Below are positions 8,618 through 17,538 of a DNA stretch of 20,000 bases, one piece after another. The DNA is taken from sequence record DRR723986_9449; one strand, 5' to 3'. The notes beneath the pieces are model-generated. The model was not told the DNA's origin. It did no database searches and saw only the letters and a program-made list of their open reading frames with translations. The translations under genes were made by a program, and so were the position numbers. Every line of letters begins with the position of its first letter. Within the stretch, counting starts at the first letter, position 1.

Positions 8618-8637
8618 ATCTCCTGACTAGCCCGCAT

Positions 8638-8659
8638 TAGCGTCAAGCCTGTGACGCTA
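8638..8659. promoter_or_regulatory. Inverted repeat TAGCGTCA-N6-TGACGCTA (operator or 5' UTR hairpin)
   Basis: Perfect 8-bp arms, 20 bp upstream of the beta-helix gene start codon. Confidence 0.45.
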
Positions 8660-8770
8660 TAATTCATGGCAGTATCAAATTGCTTCAAACTCTGAACTCG
8701 CAGCACACTCTGGAAAAGCTCTCGACATTGAGACACGGTGTCGCGGGGCAACACCAAATCAGCTTTAGCA

Positions 8771-8798
8771 TTGTTCAAGCTTTCAGTAGCGGTATAAT
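8771..8798 (+). promoter_or_regulatory. Candidate sigma70 promoter for the HIG1-like/adenosyltransferase genes
   Basis: TTGTTC-N16-TATAAT, ending 31 bp before the ATG at 8830. Confidence 0.4.
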
Positions 8799-8829
8799 AG
8801 GGCAATATCATGTTTTAAGTGAGTCAAAA

Positions 8830-9018
8830 ATGAAAGCTTTGTTCATCCTGGCGCTATTATTCGCGCTCGCTACGCTTGGTGTTATGTTCACCGGCGCTAT
8901 AACCATGGCAAAAGGCGGCGATTTTAACCGTAAATATGGCAACAAACTGATGCAGGCCCGTGTTGCCTTGCAGGCAATAACCTTGTTACTGCTTGTGCTT
9001 GCTGCCGCAACGGCTTAG
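8830..9018 (+). CDS. Twin-transmembrane-helix small protein (HIG1 domain-like)
   Basis: 62 aa, two hydrophobic helices around GGDFNRKYGNKLMQARVALQ. Lies upstream of the adenosyltransferase-etf genes. Confidence 0.85.
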   Translation: MKALFILALLFALATLGVMFTGAITMAKGGDFNRKYGNKLMQARVALQAITLLLLVLAAATA

Positions 9019-9028
9019 CCGACCGATC

Positions 9029-9595
9029 ATGGTGAAATTAACCAAAATATACACCCGCGGCGGTGATGGCGGTGAAACCTCTTTGTCGGACGGTAAACGT
9101 TTATTCAAAGATAGCGCGCGCGTGGCGGCATACGGTACGGTTGACGAGGCGAATTCGGTGATCGGCGTTGCCCGCTTATCAACGGAAGGCGCGGCAGACA
9201 GTATGCTAAGCCGCATTCAAAATGACCTGTTCGATGTGGGCGCAGACTTGGCTACACCGGGTGACGACTTCACGCCCAGTGAAATGGTGCTGCGCACTAC
9301 TGAAAGCCAAATTGTGCGGCTGGAAGAAGAAATTGACGCTATAAATGCGGCCTTGGGCACGCTTACAAGTTTCATTCTACCTGGCGGATCCAAAGCAAGT
9401 GCCTATCTGCATTTGGCCAGAACTGTTGTCAGGCGGGCAGAACGTGACGCTGTGACCGCCTCAAAAGACGAGCCAATCAACCCAATTGCAATAAAATATT
9501 TGAACCGACTGTCAGACCACCTATTTGTACTGGCAAGGCATCTGAATAATGATGGTGCTGACGATATATTATGGGTGCCGGGCGCGAATCGTTAA
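9029..9595 (+). CDS. ATP:cob(I)alamin adenosyltransferase, PduO/MMAB type
   Basis: MVKLTKIYTRGGDGGETSL, AYGTVDEANS, IQNDLFDVGADL, FILPGG, ARTVVRRAER and YLNRLSDHLFVLAR. Start moved to ATG 9029. Confidence 0.93.
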   Translation: MVKLTKIYTRGGDGGETSLSDGKRLFKDSARVAAYGTVDEANSVIGVARLSTEGAADSMLSRIQNDLFDVGADLATPGDDFTPSEMVLRTTESQIVRLEEEIDAINAALGTLTSFILPGGSKASAYLHLARTVVRRAERDAVTASKDEPINPIAIKYLNRLSDHLFVLARHLNNDGADDILWVPGANR

Positions 9596-9684
9596 GCTAA
9601 CGCCATACCCCGTTGTTGATTTTTGCTCTGACCCACAGATATCAGGATAAAAAAGCGTAAAAATGCGCGAAACAACGGTCTGGA

Positions 9685-9713
9685 TTGACAGCTGCATATC
9701 GATACGATAACGC
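9685..9713 (+). promoter_or_regulatory. Candidate sigma70 promoter of etfBA
   Basis: TTGACA (9685-9690)-N17-TAACGC, about 120 bp upstream of etfB. Confidence 0.5.
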
Positions 9714-9831
9714 TTTCTACCCTACTCATTCCAAGGGCTCACGCATGGTTGGTATGTACAACTGCGGGGGTCTAAATTGCCAGGTTTTTGATGCATTGAT
9801 GCCTCAAAAATAACTCGGGAGAATAAAACCC

Positions 9832-10578
9832 ATGAAAATCATGGTGCCTGTAAAACGAGTCGTAGACTATAACGTGAAAGTTCGTGTGAAGTCTGACAAC
9901 ACCGGCGTTGAGCTCGCCAACATCAAAATGTCCATGAACCCATTCGATGAAATTGCGGTTGAAGAAGCGCTTCGCATCAAAGAAGCAGGCAACGCCGAAG
10001 AAATCATTGTTGTTTCCATCGGCCCCAAAGCCGCGCAAGAGACCATCCGTACCGGCCTCGCCATGGGCGCTGACCGCGGCATTCTCGTGGAACATGACGG
10101 CGACGCAGAACCTTTGGCCATTGCCAAGCTTCTGAAAGGTATTATCGCAGAGGAAAACCCCGATATTGTTATGCTCGGCAAACAAGCCATTGACGGTGAC
10201 AACAGCCAAACCGGTCAAATGCTGGCACAGCTTATGGGTTGGCCGCAGGGCACCTTCGCATCAGAAGTGGCCCTTGCAGACGGCGGTGTGAATGTGACCC
10301 GCGAAGTGGACGGTGGTCTTGAAACCGTCAAACTGAACTTGCCTGCCATCATTACCACTGACTTGCGTCTCAATGAGCCGCGCTATGCCAGCTTGCCGAA
10401 CATCATGAAGGCTAAGCGAAAGCCGATTGACGAGAAAACCCCGGCTGATTACGGCGTTGATATGGCCCCGCGCCTGTCCACTTTGAGCGTGGAAGAACCG
10501 CCACAGCGTGAAGCGGGTATCATTGTTGAAACCGTGGAAGAGCTTGTTAGCAACCTTAAAGAAAAGGGAGTGATCTAA
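9832..10578 (+). CDS. etfB: Electron transfer flavoprotein beta subunit
   Basis: [35 protein letters not shown] and [24 protein letters not shown]. Confidence 0.97.
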   Translation: MKIMVPVKRVVDYNVKVRVKSDNTGVELANIKMSMNPFDEIAVEEALRIKEAGNAEEIIVVSIGPKAAQETIRTGLAMGADRGILVEHDGDAEPLAIAKLLKGIIAEENPDIVMLGKQAIDGDNSQTGQMLAQLMGWPQGTFASEVALADGGVNVTREVDGGLETVKLNLPAIITTDLRLNEPRYASLPNIMKAKRKPIDEKTPADYGVDMAPRLSTLSVEEPPQREAGIIVETVEELVSNLKEKGVI

Positions 10579-11504
10579 TGACTGCTCTTGTGATTGTAGA
10601 ACATGATAACGCGAGCGTTAAAGACGCCACACTAGCAACCGTTACAGCCGCCAAAGCATTCGGTGATGTACACGCGCTTGTCGCGGGTTCAGGCTGCGGT
10701 GATGTCGCTGCCACTGCGGCCAATATTGACGGCGTTGCTAAGGTATTGGTTGCGGACGACGCAGTATATGCTCACCCGCTGGCGGAAGAACTAGCGGCCA
10801 TCGTACTTTCTATTGCTGATGGTTATGACGCTATCCTGGCGCCAGCAACAACAACAGGTAAAAACTTTTTGCCACGCGTTGCTGCTGCTCTGGATGTTGC
10901 CCAAATTTCCGATATCATCGAAGTTGTAAGCCCGGACACATTCAAGCGCCCCATTTATGCAGGCAACGCAATCGCAACCGTCCAATCGACTGACGCGAAA
11001 AAGGTTATCACCGTGCGCGCCACAGCGTTTGAAAAAGCCGCAACAGAAGGCGGCGCAGGCGTGGTTGAGACAATCAGTGCCACGGCATCTGCTGGCATAT
11101 CAAGCTTCGTCGGCGCTGAACTGTCCAAGTCTGACCGGCCAGAGCTGACCAGCGCTAAAATCATCATTTCCGGTGGTCGCGGCATGGGTTCGGGCGAAAA
11201 TTTCGCCATCATCGAAAAGGTGGCTGACAAATTGGGTGCCGCTGTCGGTGCATCCCGCGCAGCGGTTGATGCAGGCTTTGTGCCTAACGATTATCAGGTT
11301 GGTCAAACCGGTAAAATTGTTGCGCCAGAGCTTTACATTGCGGTTGGCATTTCCGGCGCAATCCAGCATCTTGCGGGCATGAAAGACAGCAAGATCATCG
11401 TTGCGATTAACAAGGACGAAGAAGCGCCAATTTTCCAGGTGGCCGATTACGGCCTTGTGGCTGATCTGTTTGACGCGGTGCCTGCACTGGAAGCTGCTCT
11501 TTAA
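10578..11504 (+). CDS. etfA: Electron transfer flavoprotein alpha subunit
   Basis: [32 protein letters not shown] and [21 protein letters not shown] overlap with etfB. Confidence 0.97.
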   Translation: MTALVIVEHDNASVKDATLATVTAAKAFGDVHALVAGSGCGDVAATAANIDGVAKVLVADDAVYAHPLAEELAAIVLSIADGYDAILAPATTTGKNFLPRVAAALDVAQISDIIEVVSPDTFKRPIYAGNAIATVQSTDAKKVITVRATAFEKAATEGGAGVVETISATASAGISSFVGAELSKSDRPELTSAKIIISGGRGMGSGENFAIIEKVADKLGAAVGASRAAVDAGFVPNDYQVGQTGKIVAPELYIAVGISGAIQHLAGMKDSKIIVAINKDEEAPIFQVADYGLVADLFDAVPALEAAL

Positions 11505-11544
11505 ACGGCTCTGTAGCAATCGCGCCACGGCGTTTTAACAAAGT

Positions 11545-11578
11545 GAAAAGGTGCCTTCATTCGGCGCCTTTTCTGTTT
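11545..11578 (+). terminator. Rho-independent terminator-like hairpin after etfA
   Basis: GAAAAGGTGCC-ttcattc-GGCGCCTTTTC followed by TGTTT. Confidence 0.7.
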
Positions 11579-11627
11579 ATACTGACCCAAAGTTTAGACT
11601 GATTAAGATAAAAGACTGAGAAGACAC

Positions 11628-12500
11628 ATGGTCGATACTGTAGGAATTATTGGCGCCGGGCAAATGGGCAACGGCATTGCGCACATCAGCGCACTGGCAG
11701 GCATGAATGTTGTGCTTACAGATATGACCATGGAACAGGCCGAGAACGGCCTTGCTGTCATTCGCGGCAATATGGAACGCCAAGTGGGCAAAGGCAAAAT
11801 CACCACCGCCGACATGGAAGCTGGCCTGAAACGTATTACACTGGGTGACAGCAACGCTGCCCACAGCGATTGTGACTTGGTTATTGAAGCCGCCGTTGAA
11901 AATGAAGAGATTAAAAAGGTCATCTTCAGCGACCTGTGCGGGCACCTTAAACCCACCGCGCTTATCGCCTCTAACACCTCTTCCATTTCCATCACCCGGC
12001 TTGCTGCCAGCACTGACAGACCTGACCGGTTTATGGGTGTTCATTTCATGAATCCTGTGCCGATTATGAAGCTTGTTGAACTCATCCCTGGCATCGCAAC
12101 CGCAGACGAGACCTTCGAGCAATTCGCTGCTTTCACTGAGAAACTTGGGAAAACCACCGCCGTTTCAGAAGACTTTCCGGCCTTTATCGTAAACCGTATT
12201 CTTATGCCGATGATAAACGAAGGCATCTACACGCTTTATGAAGGCGTTGGTAGCGTTGAGGCCATTGATAACGCGATGATGCTGGGCGCAAACCACCCCA
12301 TGGGGCCGCTCACACTCGCTGATTTTATCGGGCTCGATACATGCTTGTCGATTATGCAAGTGCTTTATGACGGCCTCGCAGACAGCAAGTACCGCCCTTG
12401 CCCGCTATTGGTGAAATATGTTGAAGCCGGATGGCTGGGCCGCAAAACCGGCCGCGGTTTTTATGATTACCACGGTGACATGCCTGTACCGACACGGTAG
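11628..12500 (+). CDS. hbd: 3-hydroxybutyryl-CoA dehydrogenase
   Basis: GIIGAGQMGNGIA Rossmann motif, ASNTSSISIT, GVHFMNPVP, GANHPMGPL and GRKTGRGFY. Confidence 0.93.
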   Translation: MVDTVGIIGAGQMGNGIAHISALAGMNVVLTDMTMEQAENGLAVIRGNMERQVGKGKITTADMEAGLKRITLGDSNAAHSDCDLVIEAAVENEEIKKVIFSDLCGHLKPTALIASNTSSISITRLAASTDRPDRFMGVHFMNPVPIMKLVELIPGIATADETFEQFAAFTEKLGKTTAVSEDFPAFIVNRILMPMINEGIYTLYEGVGSVEAIDNAMMLGANHPMGPLTLADFIGLDTCLSIMQVLYDGLADSKYRPCPLLVKYVEAGWLGRKTGRGFYDYHGDMPVPTR

Positions 12501-12603
12501 GTATTTTCACTCAAAATATTGCCTTACCCGCAAGCTAATCTGGTTTGTTCGCAAGCATTCAGAATGCTAGGTTTTTCTTAAACACATTAAGGAAAGGTTG
12601 GGC

Positions 12604-13284
12604 ATGGCTGATTTACAAATCATCATTGGGAACAAGAATTATTCCTCGTGGTCGCTGCGCGGCTGGCTGGCCGCCAAGCACACGGGCCTGAATGTGACTG
12701 AGGTCAACATATACCTCTACACCCCCGGCTCGAAGGCAGACCTACTAAAGCACTCACCAACAGGCCAAGTACCCGCGTTAAGGCACGGCGACACCACAGT
12801 ATGGGACAGTTTTGCAATTATTGACTATTGCGCCCGCCTCGCGCCCAACCAATATTGGTGGCCCCAGGGCGATGCCGCCTATGCCTTCGCCCGCTCAATC
12901 TCGGCTGAAATGCATAGTGGTTTCACCGCCCTGCGCACCCATGCGCCCATGAACATCCGAGCCAAATGGTCGGGCCTAGCGCTCGGTGGAGGGGTTGCGG
13001 TAGATGTGGCCCGCATCGATGCTCTGTGGTGCGAGGCGCGCGAACAATTCGGCAACAATAACGGTGATTTACTTTTCGGTAAATTCTCAGCTGCAGACAT
13101 GATGTTCGCGCCGGTTGTGCACCGGTTTGAAAGCTATGGCATATCGGTCAGCACCACCGCCCGTACCTATATGGACGCTATGCTGGCTCACCCGCTCATA
13201 AAAGAATGGACTGAAGGCGGACGTGCGGAAACCGCCATCATCGCAGAAGCCGAAATACCAAAAGGCGCAACACACCTGGGGTGA
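12604..13284 (+). CDS. Glutathione S-transferase family protein
   Basis: IGNKNYSSWSLRGWL, SPTGQVP, VWDSFAI, AEMHSGF and LFGKFSAADMMFAPVV. ATG 12604 chosen; TTG 12598 is possible. Confidence 0.92.
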   Translation: MADLQIIIGNKNYSSWSLRGWLAAKHTGLNVTEVNIYLYTPGSKADLLKHSPTGQVPALRHGDTTVWDSFAIIDYCARLAPNQYWWPQGDAAYAFARSISAEMHSGFTALRTHAPMNIRAKWSGLALGGGVAVDVARIDALWCEAREQFGNNNGDLLFGKFSAADMMFAPVVHRFESYGISVSTTARTYMDAMLAHPLIKEWTEGGRAETAIIAEAEIPKGATHLG

Positions 13285-13298
13285 CTATGAAAAGCGTC

Positions 13299-14771
13299 CT
13301 ACGGTCGCGCCCGCCACGTGCCATGAAAGCTTAAGGGCAAAGCATAGCGAGAGCGCCAACTGGCAGTTGGCCCTGAAGCAACATTGTCAGCGTCAAAAAG
13401 ATGCAAATAGGTTGCCCCTTCTGACAAATTGAGGGCCGGCACCAGCAAGTGCCCTGATCGGCTGTGCTTGGGGTCAGAAACAAAAATCGGTTCTTCGACC
13501 AGAACATCGCGCCCGAAAGAAAATATATCAGACGTTTCTGTTGCCCAATTAAACGCTGCGACAGCATTGTATCGATAGGCTTTGCCATTGACCTCTTTGC
13601 CTTCTGAGACAAAAAATACACGCCCCATCCCTGCATTATCAGCCCCGGCATCAGATTGAGGAAATTCCGCCGCCAAACCTGTAGATACAATTTCAGCGCG
13701 TCCATTTGGGCGCAAAATAGCCTGCTTTAAATGGGTATTAGGTCGATCAATAGGTACCCCACGTAAAATGGCAGACCCAATGTCAGCATCAAGCGTTGGC
13801 GCATCCGCAAGGCAAATATCAAACCGAAGCGTGCCATCACTTTCTTCCACGGCCTTGCCTGTATGGAAAAAAGCCCCGGGAGGAAGTTCGTACAACTGCG
13901 TATTGCTAAAGTCGTTCTTATCAACCACCAAAACTTTAAGGCCATGCTCAGGTTGCCACGTCAGGCTTTTGACGAACGGCGGATGGCGCTTGGTGAACAC
14001 CCAAGGCTGCAATGGCACTATCAGCTTGGTATCACTCACAACCCAGTCGTGCATGTAGGATGCAATCGGTAAATTCAACATGCCGGTTTTCAGCACTTTG
14101 CCGCTTGGTGCTAACGCCCATACAAATGTTAAAGGGCTGCCATAAGCCATGCCGAAGTTCCATATGATACCATCCTGATCAATCTTCGGATGAGCAGAAA
14201 AAGGCATTTGCGCCAAATCATCCCTGAGCGTAACAGGGCCAATAGTAGACAAGTCATCTGGGTCCAATGCATAGGGACTTCCAGCCTCCCAAAGCGCCCA
14301 CAACTTATCCCCAACACATAAAACAGAGGTGTTGGCAGCATTAGCATCATCCGGCGATCCGACAGGCGCAGTTTTATCAGCCGACGTGCCGAAACCCGGC
14401 ATGATAAAACGGCCTGCTTCTGCATCGCGTTTCCTTTTTATTGTTTTAGCAAAACGAGCCTGCAAAACAGCCTGATTGCCGTTGATTGAGAAAGACCGAA
14501 CCAACCCGTCGCCGTCAAACCAATGGTCCAAAACCTGACCGCCGCGTCTGAAATGGGCAGGCCCATTACGATAGAGAACGCCGGACAAGCCATCGGGTGC
14601 GCGGCCAGACACCAATTTGAGGTGTTCTGGCCCAATGCCATGGTTCGGGGCATTGTGAAAGCCTAATGGAGCTTGGGACGTTAGTCCGTCAAATAAACCA
14701 GCGCTCGGTCGACTTAAAGTCAGACCACTTGCAGCAGCAACGCTGCCCATAAATTTCCTACGGTTTATCAT
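13299..14771 (-). CDS. Carotenoid oxygenase family (RPE65/CCD/LSD) non-heme iron dioxygenase with Tat signal
   Basis: GVLYRNGP, HWFDGDG, NAANTS, four iron-ligand His (FSAHPK, YMHDW, FFHTG, SFHG) and EEPIFV. N-terminal NRRKFM twin-arginine motif. Confidence 0.9.
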   Translation of the reverse strand: MINRRKFMGSVAAASGLTLSRPSAGLFDGLTSQAPLGFHNAPNHGIGPEHLKLVSGRAPDGLSGVLYRNGPAHFRRGGQVLDHWFDGDGLVRSFSINGNQAVLQARFAKTIKRKRDAEAGRFIMPGFGTSADKTAPVGSPDDANAANTSVLCVGDKLWALWEAGSPYALDPDDLSTIGPVTLRDDLAQMPFSAHPKIDQDGIIWNFGMAYGSPLTFVWALAPSGKVLKTGMLNLPIASYMHDWVVSDTKLIVPLQPWVFTKRHPPFVKSLTWQPEHGLKVLVVDKNDFSNTQLYELPPGAFFHTGKAVEESDGTLRFDICLADAPTLDADIGSAILRGVPIDRPNTHLKQAILRPNGRAEIVSTGLAAEFPQSDAGADNAGMGRVFFVSEGKEVNGKAYRYNAVAAFNWATETSDIFSFGRDVLVEEPIFVSDPKHSRSGHLLVPALNLSEGATYLHLFDADNVASGPTASWRSRYALPLSFHGTWRARP

Positions 14772-15247
14772 CGCACAAAGCTCAAAGTATCAATGAGGCC
14801 ATGAGAGGACACCCTAATAGCGGCATCATCAAACTGCGGTGGGCCATAGTGCGCCTGCGCCCCGTTTGAAAAAGCAAAAGGCTCAACCGGGGCGCCGAAA
14901 GGATTGGTTGTTAGTTCGCCGTTACTGTCTAGGTCATGAAACGCCTTAATGGCATATCGCCCTGTAGGCAGGCCCTCGAATGAAACAGATTCTGTTTTAG
15001 CCTCCATCACCACGCGGCGTGCCCGAAATGGTTTCCCGCCCACATACGACTGTGCGTCTGCGTATAGTGCAATCATCACGGCACCTGCGGTTTCCGCCAC
15101 TTCTATTTGCACGGTCAATGTGCCTGTTCTTACGTCCTCGGTTTGATAGCTTGATGCCGCTGCGGTTCCACCGCTGCTGGTGATAAACCCTGCCATAAGA
15201 GCGCTTGCAATTGTTATGGTTGAAAAAATAGTTTTATGTCGTGTCAT
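14768..15247 (-). CDS. DUF2141 family exported protein
   Basis: GAVMIALY, GRYAIKAFHDLDSNGELTTNPFGAPVEPFAFSN and GPPQFDDA. Signal peptide. Start moved to ATG 15247 (GAGGA RBS). ATGA overlap with the oxygenase. Confidence 0.88.
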   Translation of the reverse strand: MTRHKTIFSTITIASALMAGFITSSGGTAAASSYQTEDVRTGTLTVQIEVAETAGAVMIALYADAQSYVGGKPFRARRVVMEAKTESVSFEGLPTGRYAIKAFHDLDSNGELTTNPFGAPVEPFAFSNGAQAHYGPPQFDDAAIRVSSHGLIDTLSFVR

Positions 15248-15321
15248 TTGTTCGTCCTCATCAATTTGTATCAATTGGTATGCTGAGATATCTGGACGAA
15301 ACCGCATAAAGCACGCTAGAG

Positions 15322-15374
15322 TTCGTAAACTGTTTAAAAACTTCGTGAATTACCAATTCAAAACCACTGACGAA
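15322..15374. promoter_or_regulatory. TTCGTRAA direct repeats, candidate LytTR binding sites
   Basis: TTCGTAAA (15322-15329) and TTCGTGAA (15342-15349), 20 bp apart. Inverted ACGAA half-sites at 15296-15300 and 15370-15374. Confidence 0.5.
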
Positions 15375-15380
15375 CCGTGA

Positions 15381-16199
15381 ATGGCCACACATCTTTCAGC
15401 GAGAAACAAGCGACGCATTGGCATTTTCTTAATCGCCAGTTTTCTTCTGGCCTTATCTGGCATTTATAGCTCGTCAGGGTACCCTTTCTATATGCGCTGG
15501 CTATATTGGGCGGCTTTGGTCGGGCTTGGTATTTGGCTGAATGATGCCTTATCCCGGCAACTCACTCCTTTCATTCTTCGGTTTCCGTGGGTGATCAGGT
15601 GGCTTATTTTTGCGAGCGTTCTCTCACTTCCAATGTTTACCTTCGTTGCAGCTATTGAGGGACTGTGGGGCAGCCCAATACCGCCAGATTATTACTTGGA
15701 CGCAGGCTTTAAAGTTTGGGTTGTAACGGCGGTGATCACAGCTTTTGGTATGCGTAGTGACGAGCAGAGCGATGATGACATGCCTGCGCCTTCGCCTTTG
15801 GCAGAAAAGCAGGAGACCCAAGCGCCCGAACCTCGGACAAATGGGGGAAAAGACACAAGCGTGCGCATACCCGCAACGCTTCTTAAGCGCGCCAACCCAG
15901 CCCTGCAAAACACCAACCTTATGGCCGTCACTGCAGAAGACCATTACGTGCGGGTTTATACCGATAAGGGCGAAGACCTGCTGCTGCTAAGGTTTGCTGA
16001 CGCAATGACTGAAACAGAGCCTGTCGACGGGCTGCAAGTGCACCGATCATGGTGGGTGGCAAAAGATGCCGTGGCTTCAGCACATAAAAAAAGCACAGGC
16101 TCCTCGATAACACTCCTGAACGGTGTACAAGTGCCCATCTCAAGAAGACGCCTCGCGGCAGTAGAAGAAGCCGGCTGGTTTAACTTTAAACAAGGCTAA
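15381..16199 (+). CDS. Membrane-anchored LytTR DNA-binding domain regulator (no receiver domain)
   Basis: About four N-terminal TM helices and a charged/Pro-rich linker, then the LytTR domain: AEDHYVRVYT, LLLRFADA, GLQVHRSWWV and VPISRR. Confidence 0.9.
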   Translation: MATHLSARNKRRIGIFLIASFLLALSGIYSSSGYPFYMRWLYWAALVGLGIWLNDALSRQLTPFILRFPWVIRWLIFASVLSLPMFTFVAAIEGLWGSPIPPDYYLDAGFKVWVVTAVITAFGMRSDEQSDDDMPAPSPLAEKQETQAPEPRTNGGKDTSVRIPATLLKRANPALQNTNLMAVTAEDHYVRVYTDKGEDLLLLRFADAMTETEPVDGLQVHRSWWVAKDAVASAHKKSTGSSITLLNGVQVPISRRRLAAVEEAGWFNFKQG

Positions 16200-16304
16200 C
16201 TAAAAACATTATCTATATGCTGAACATAGTATGAATTTAACCAGACAATTATCTGAATTGCGGCTAGGTTTAGCGCCATCAAACCAATTATGGAGGATAG
16301 CTCT

Positions 16305-17486
16305 ATGAAAACTCTGCTTTGCGCGTTTCTTCTCACTTGCTTCATCAATCCAGTCTCATTCGCGGCTTCTGATGAGGCTGTAAATGAGCTTATGAACCGC
16401 ATGAAAGAGGAAGGCATAACGAATGTCCTCTTCCTAAATGATGCTGACCGACGCATTGCCTTTGCCAACATTGACAGGGCTGCACCTACGCGTGCTTTGC
16501 CCGCCTCGGCAACCCCCTACCCGTTGGCCAGAGATCTTGACGACAGTCTGAAAACGCTGACCTATAGCGTGGACGGTAAAACATATACTGTGAATGACCT
16601 GTTGTCACAGGAACCCATGATGGGCATGGCGGTGGTGCACGGTGACACCATCCGGCTGGAGCATTACGCCGTTGATCATAAGCCTGATACGCGCTGGGTT
16701 TCATTCTCTGTCACCAAATCATTCACTTCCACGCTTATTGGTGCAGCGATGAAAGATGGCTATATCACCAGCCTTGATGACACAGTAGCAGACTATTTAC
16801 CCCGTCTACGCGGCACAGATTATGGCGGCGTTAAACTGCGGCATATTCTTCAAATGGCGTCTGGCATTGCGTGGAACGAAGACTATGAAGATCCGAATTC
16901 AGATGTATCAAAAGCAGGCGGACTGCAAGGCACAGCGCTCACTGATTATCTCGGCACCTTGAAGCGCGTGCATCCGGCAGGTGAGGTGTTTAATTATAAC
17001 ACCGCAGAAAGCAACCTTTTGGGCGAAGTGCTGCGCGCCGCAATCGGCAACAGCGCCGCTGACTATATGAGTGCCAAAATCTGGCAGGGCTTCGGTATGG
17101 AGCATGATGCCAATTGGTTGCTGAACGCACCGTTCGGCGTTGAAACCGGCGGGTGCTGTATCAGCGCCAGTCTGCGCGACTACGCCCGCCTTGGTCTTTT
17201 TGCCAAACTTGAAGGCAAGTTGCCATCAGGCGAAACCATTCTGCCCGATGGCTGGATGCGGGACGCAACAACGCCGTCCAAAGGCTATGACGGCTATAGT
17301 TATAAATGGTGGCTATTGGGCGACGACGCCTACACCGCCAGCGGTATTTTCGGTCAGATGATTTACGTAAACCCTAAGCGCGATCTGGTGATTGCGGTGC
17401 ACAGCAATGCCCCCGCCGCCGTCGGCACCGACTATCACAAACACTATCGGGCTGCAGTTGAAGCAATCGGTAAGAGCTTCAATTAA
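16305..17486 (+). CDS. Secreted serine hydrolase, beta-lactamase class C/NylB-like
   Basis: SFSVTKS (SxxK), LRHILQMASG, FNYNT, SLRDYARLG and ASGIFGQMIYV. Signal peptide. ATG 16305 with GGAGG RBS. Confidence 0.9.
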   Translation: MKTLLCAFLLTCFINPVSFAASDEAVNELMNRMKEEGITNVLFLNDADRRIAFANIDRAAPTRALPASATPYPLARDLDDSLKTLTYSVDGKTYTVNDLLSQEPMMGMAVVHGDTIRLEHYAVDHKPDTRWVSFSVTKSFTSTLIGAAMKDGYITSLDDTVADYLPRLRGTDYGGVKLRHILQMASGIAWNEDYEDPNSDVSKAGGLQGTALTDYLGTLKRVHPAGEVFNYNTAESNLLGEVLRAAIGNSAADYMSAKIWQGFGMEHDANWLLNAPFGVETGGCCISASLRDYARLGLFAKLEGKLPSGETILPDGWMRDATTPSKGYDGYSYKWWLLGDDAYTASGIFGQMIYVNPKRDLVIAVHSNAPAAVGTDYHKHYRAAVEAIGKSFN

Positions 17487-17538
17487 GCGGACGTACTTGT
17501 GGTTCAATTGTAGGGAAATGCCTCTGTCGTGTTTGGCG

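Noticed and set aside
9596-9831. Cobalamin or FMN riboswitch near the adenosyltransferase/etf genes
   Set aside because: No B12-box or FMN-riboswitch consensus is recognisable.
9772-12359. Several antisense ORFs of 60-181 aa over etfB/etfA/hbd
   Set aside because: Expected shadows of codon-biased housekeeping genes.
12547-12560. GTTC...ATTC as an alphaproteobacterial LexA box
   Set aside because: The spacer is 6 nt rather than 7 and the second half-site mismatches.
16305-17486. Antibiotic-resistance beta-lactamase
   Set aside because: SxxK is present, but AmpC YxN/KTG motifs are absent (YNT, ASG); it fits the esterase/amidase (NylB-like) branch better.
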